Source: Actinomycetota bacterium (GTDB taxonomy: Bacteria; Actinomycetota; Geothermincolia; Geothermincolales; RBG-13-55-18). From it: a stretch of DNA of 64,000 bases. Of the stretch, positions 61,657 to 64,000 are shown in pieces. Each line of letters begins with the position of its first letter. Position 1 is the first letter of the stretch. The position numbers and the translations under genes were made by a program. The DNA lies in assembly GCA_028697145.1 (NCBI GenBank), contig JAQVFR010000003.1, positions 76,834-140,833 on the forward strand. The letters are read 5' to 3'. The notes beneath the pieces were generated by a model, which was given only the letters and a program-made list of their open reading frames with translations, searched no databases and had not been told where the DNA came from.

Positions 61657-62538
61657 TCACTCCAGTTCCTCGCCCAGTTCCAGGTCGCTTTCTTCCACGA
61701 TCTCGTCCTCGGCCTCCTCCATGGCGATCTCCACCTCCGCGGGCTCGGGACCGAAACGGGAGGCCGGCAAGGTGAATCTCTCCCCGTCGTCCAGCTCCAG
61801 GGTTATCTTTTCGTTCATCATATCGTGCGCCACCACCCTGGCCGGGCCTCGTTCCGTATCCACCCGCTCTCCCACGCCTGGCACCCATAACCGGAAACGC
61901 CGATAGGAGTCCTGCTCGTAACGGAGGCAGCACATCAACCTGCCGCATACACCGGATATCTTGGCCGGGTTCAGGGGCAGGTGCTGCTCCTTGGCCATGC
62001 GGATGGAGATGGGGTAGAACTCGTCCAGGAATAGCGCGCAACAGAGGGGGCGGCCGCAGGGTCCGAGCCCCCCGATCATCTTGGCCTCGTCGCGCACTCC
62101 TATCTGACGCAGCTCGATGCGCGTCTTCAGCGCGGAGGCGAGGTCCCGCACCAGGGCCCTGAAATCGACCCTGCCCTCGGCGGTGAAATAGAAGGTGATG
62201 GAACTTCCGTCGAAGGCGTAGTCTATATCTATGAGCTTCATGGGAAGCTGGTGCTTGACGATCAGCTCCTGGCACTTGCGGAAGGCGCGGTCGCGCCTGA
62301 TCTCGTTGCGTTCTCTCTGCTGGCGGTCACGGTCGGTGGCGCGTCTCACCACCTTCTTGAGCTCGTCCTTTATGCCGCTGTCGGGGATCTCCCGCGGCGG
62401 TGACATCACCACGCCGAACTCCACGCCCCGCGGCGTCGGTATGATCACCTCGTCACCGGTGCGCAGTGAAAGCCGGTCCGGATCGAAATATCCTACTTTG
62501 CATCCTTTCCTCATACTCACTCCGACCACCTGCGCCAT
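61657..62538 (-). CDS. PSP1-domain protein YaaT/RicT-like
   Basis: PSP1 C-terminal domain with conserved Cys (…GLGPCGRPLCCALFL…GVCGRLMCCLRYE…). 293 aa. Confidence 0.8.
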   Translation of the reverse strand: MAQVVGVSMRKGCKVGYFDPDRLSLRTGDEVIIPTPRGVEFGVVMSPPREIPDSGIKDELKKVVRRATDRDRQQRERNEIRRDRAFRKCQELIVKHQLPMKLIDIDYAFDGSSITFYFTAEGRVDFRALVRDLASALKTRIELRQIGVRDEAKMIGGLGPCGRPLCCALFLDEFYPISIRMAKEQHLPLNPAKISGVCGRLMCCLRYEQDSYRRFRLWVPGVGERVDTERGPARVVAHDMMNEKITLELDDGERFTLPASRFGPEPAEVEIAMEEAEDEIVEESDLELGEELE

Positions 62539-62568
62539 TTACTCTCCTCCTCCGCCGCCTGCGGCGGC

Positions 62569-63732
62569 TTATCCCTTCAAGCCCTTGATCTCGAGGACCA
62601 GACTGTCAAGGAGCAGTCCTATGTCGACGTTGGCCTCCACGGCCTTCCTCGCCCTGTGCAGCGACTCCAGCTGCCGCATCGCCGCCTCGGTCCCGATATG
62701 AAGCGCCTCTCTTTCCAGGTCCTCCATCCATTCCCGGTTGAGCAAGGGGGCGTCGCCCGCTCCCTTTCCTTTTTCCTCCATTAGATTCAAAAGCATTATA
62801 TCCCGGTAGAAGGAGCTCATGCCATCGAAGAGGTCAAGCGCGGCCTGCCCGCGCCTTTTCTGCTTTTCGCGTTTCTCCCGTTTCTCCCATCGCTTCCGCA
62901 GCAGGTCGCCTCCGCGCTTGTCCATCGCCTTTACGTAGGCCTCCAGCTCGTCGGAGCCGGGGGCAAGCGGCGCACCCCTTGCATTCGCCTCTCTCGCCAC
63001 ATCATTTATATGCTCCCTCTCCGCGGCCGCCATTTCCAGCGCCTCAAGCAGGGAGGAGCGGCGCAGGGAAGCGGCCAGTTCGACCCCCCGGCCCCAGTGC
63101 GCGGCCTGTTCGGGGCTGCGGGCCCAGAGCAGGGCACGGCCGAAGATGCCGCCGCTCAACCTGGCCAGCCTCTCCGCCTCGGCGCCGTCCAGGCCCTCCT
63201 CTTCCACGAGGAAAGCCTCTATATCCCGCTTGCCCAGGGCGGAGAACCTCACCTCGTGACAGCGGGAGGCGACGGTCTCCAGCAGTTCCTCCCTGCTTTC
63301 CGCCACGAGGATGATGAAGGTATCCGGGGGCGGTTCCTCGAGTGTCTTGAGGAAGGCGTTCGCCGCTTCCTGGTTCATCGTCCCTGCCTCGTCTATGATG
63401 GCTACCTTGCACCGTGATTCCTTGGGCCTGATGTTCAGCTCCCCCTCCAGATCGCGCACCTGGTCGATGAGGATATGGCTGCCCTCGGGCTCCAGGAGAT
63501 GGAGGTCGGGGTGCACCTTCCTCGCCACCTTGAGACAGGAGGGGCAGGCGTCGGGTTCCCCGGCGGCGCACAACAGGGCGGCGGCGCACAACAGCGCGGT
63601 GCTGGATTTCCCTATCCCCCTCGGGCCGGTGAACACGAGGGCATGGGGCATCTCGTCCCGCCGCAGGGCCTCCGCGAGAAAGCCTACGGCCCTTTCCTGC
63701 CCGTAGATCTCTTTCCAGCCTCTACATTCCAT
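62569..63732 (-). CDS. holB: DNA polymerase III subunit delta'
   Basis: AAA+ clamp-loader fold: …ALVFTGPRGIGKSS… P-loop-like motif and the Zn-module CPSC. 387 aa. Confidence 0.8.
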   Translation of the reverse strand: MECRGWKEIYGQERAVGFLAEALRRDEMPHALVFTGPRGIGKSSTALLCAAALLCAAGEPDACPSCLKVARKVHPDLHLLEPEGSHILIDQVRDLEGELNIRPKESRCKVAIIDEAGTMNQEAANAFLKTLEEPPPDTFIILVAESREELLETVASRCHEVRFSALGKRDIEAFLVEEEGLDGAEAERLARLSGGIFGRALLWARSPEQAAHWGRGVELAASLRRSSLLEALEMAAAEREHINDVAREANARGAPLAPGSDELEAYVKAMDKRGGDLLRKRWEKREKREKQKRRGQAALDLFDGMSSFYRDIMLLNLMEEKGKGAGDAPLLNREWMEDLEREALHIGTEAAMRQLESLHRARKAVEANVDIGLLLDSLVLEIKGLKG

Positions 63733-63832
63733 GCGTCCCTGCTGGCCTCCATAACTGATATCGATGCCATCGGCCTCGCGCTGGTGCGGCGTCGTGCGGA
63801 ACCGGCAGGCCCTCGCGGGCCTCCGCGGGCGG

Positions 63833-64000
63833 TCAGCCCAGGAGCCTGTTGACTTCCTGCATTACGGCGTGGTGTATGTTCTCGGGTTTGTCCTCACCAT
63901 TGAGTACCTTGATACGCAGGGGGAAGAATTTCGCCAGGGTCCTGTACGCTTCCTGCACCTGCTCGTGGAAGGAACTCGCCTCGCCCTCCAGGCGGTCAAA
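63833..64000 (-). CDS. tmk: Thymidylate kinase, C-terminal fragment (5' end outside window)
   Basis: The minus-strand translation …FHEQVQEAYRTLAKFFPLRIKVLNGEDKPENIHHAVMQEVNRLLG* is a Tmk C-terminus. tmk-holB is the usual gene order. Confidence 0.6.
   Translation of the reverse strand, partial: FDRLEGEASSFHEQVQEAYRTLAKFFPLRIKVLNGEDKPENIHHAVMQEVNRLLG

Noticed and set aside
61628-62275. 215-aa minus-strand ORF
   Set aside because: Alternate frame inside the YaaT/PSP1 gene. Arg/Gly-rich.

Overview
High-GC bacterial chromosome segment. Almost every gene is on the minus strand. Reading the minus strand 5' to 3', from the right end of the window leftward:

- partial tmk
- holB
- yaaT/ricT (PSP1 domain)
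- a four-gene pyruvate:ferredoxin oxidoreductase operon (porG, porD, porA, porB) with overlapping start/stop codons
- a 199-bp AT-rich element bounded by perfect 22-bp inverted repeats
- tRNA-Thr(CGT)
- an aldo/keto reductase fused to an Fe-S domain, with a tandem 24-bp repeat in its promoter
- a secreted acidic protein
- a four-gene type IV minor-pilin cluster (FimT/GspH-like, an 819-aa prepilin-like giant, a PilW-like pilin, PilX-like)
- a plus-strand hypothetical protein with an internal ~100-aa duplication
- lgt (minus strand)
- an acyl-CoA dehydrogenase (plus strand)
- a ~6.3-kb block flanked by two ~125-bp direct repeats. The block encodes a 2-hydroxyacid dehydrogenase, an acetolactate-synthase-like TPP enzyme, YjbQ, a DUF62 SAM hydroxide adenosyltransferase, a small cysteine-rich protein, a thiolase and a decayed thiolase paralog.
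- a cobalamin riboswitch with a terminator-type expression platform, followed by cobU-cobT-cobS, a btuF/C/D-like ABC importer whose ATPase carries a ~160-aa C-terminal extension, and cobQ
- capA, tilS, hpt, ftsH
- a folate/pantothenate array: folE, folP with an N-terminal extension, a cyclophilin, folB, folK, a DUF2520 putative ketopantoate reductase, panC, panD
- nadA-nadB-nadC and coaX
- a complete V/A-type ATPase operon in Thermus-like order (H/G-I-K-E-C-F-A-B-D) with a sigma70-like promoter
- murA
- a secreted S8 subtilase carrying five C-terminal ~115-aa repeat domains
- a very large membrane-anchored protein built from more than 30 tandem ~25-aa repeats with an LDP...LN.N signature, which runs off the left edge of the window.

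Most long plus-strand ORFs in the supplied track are antisense shadows of these genes and are rejected below. The most unusual items are:

- the repeat-flanked block with its thiolase pseudogene
- the inverted-repeat element beside the tRNA
- the giant repeat protein and subtilase pair
- the fused ABC ATPase
- the giant prepilin-like protein
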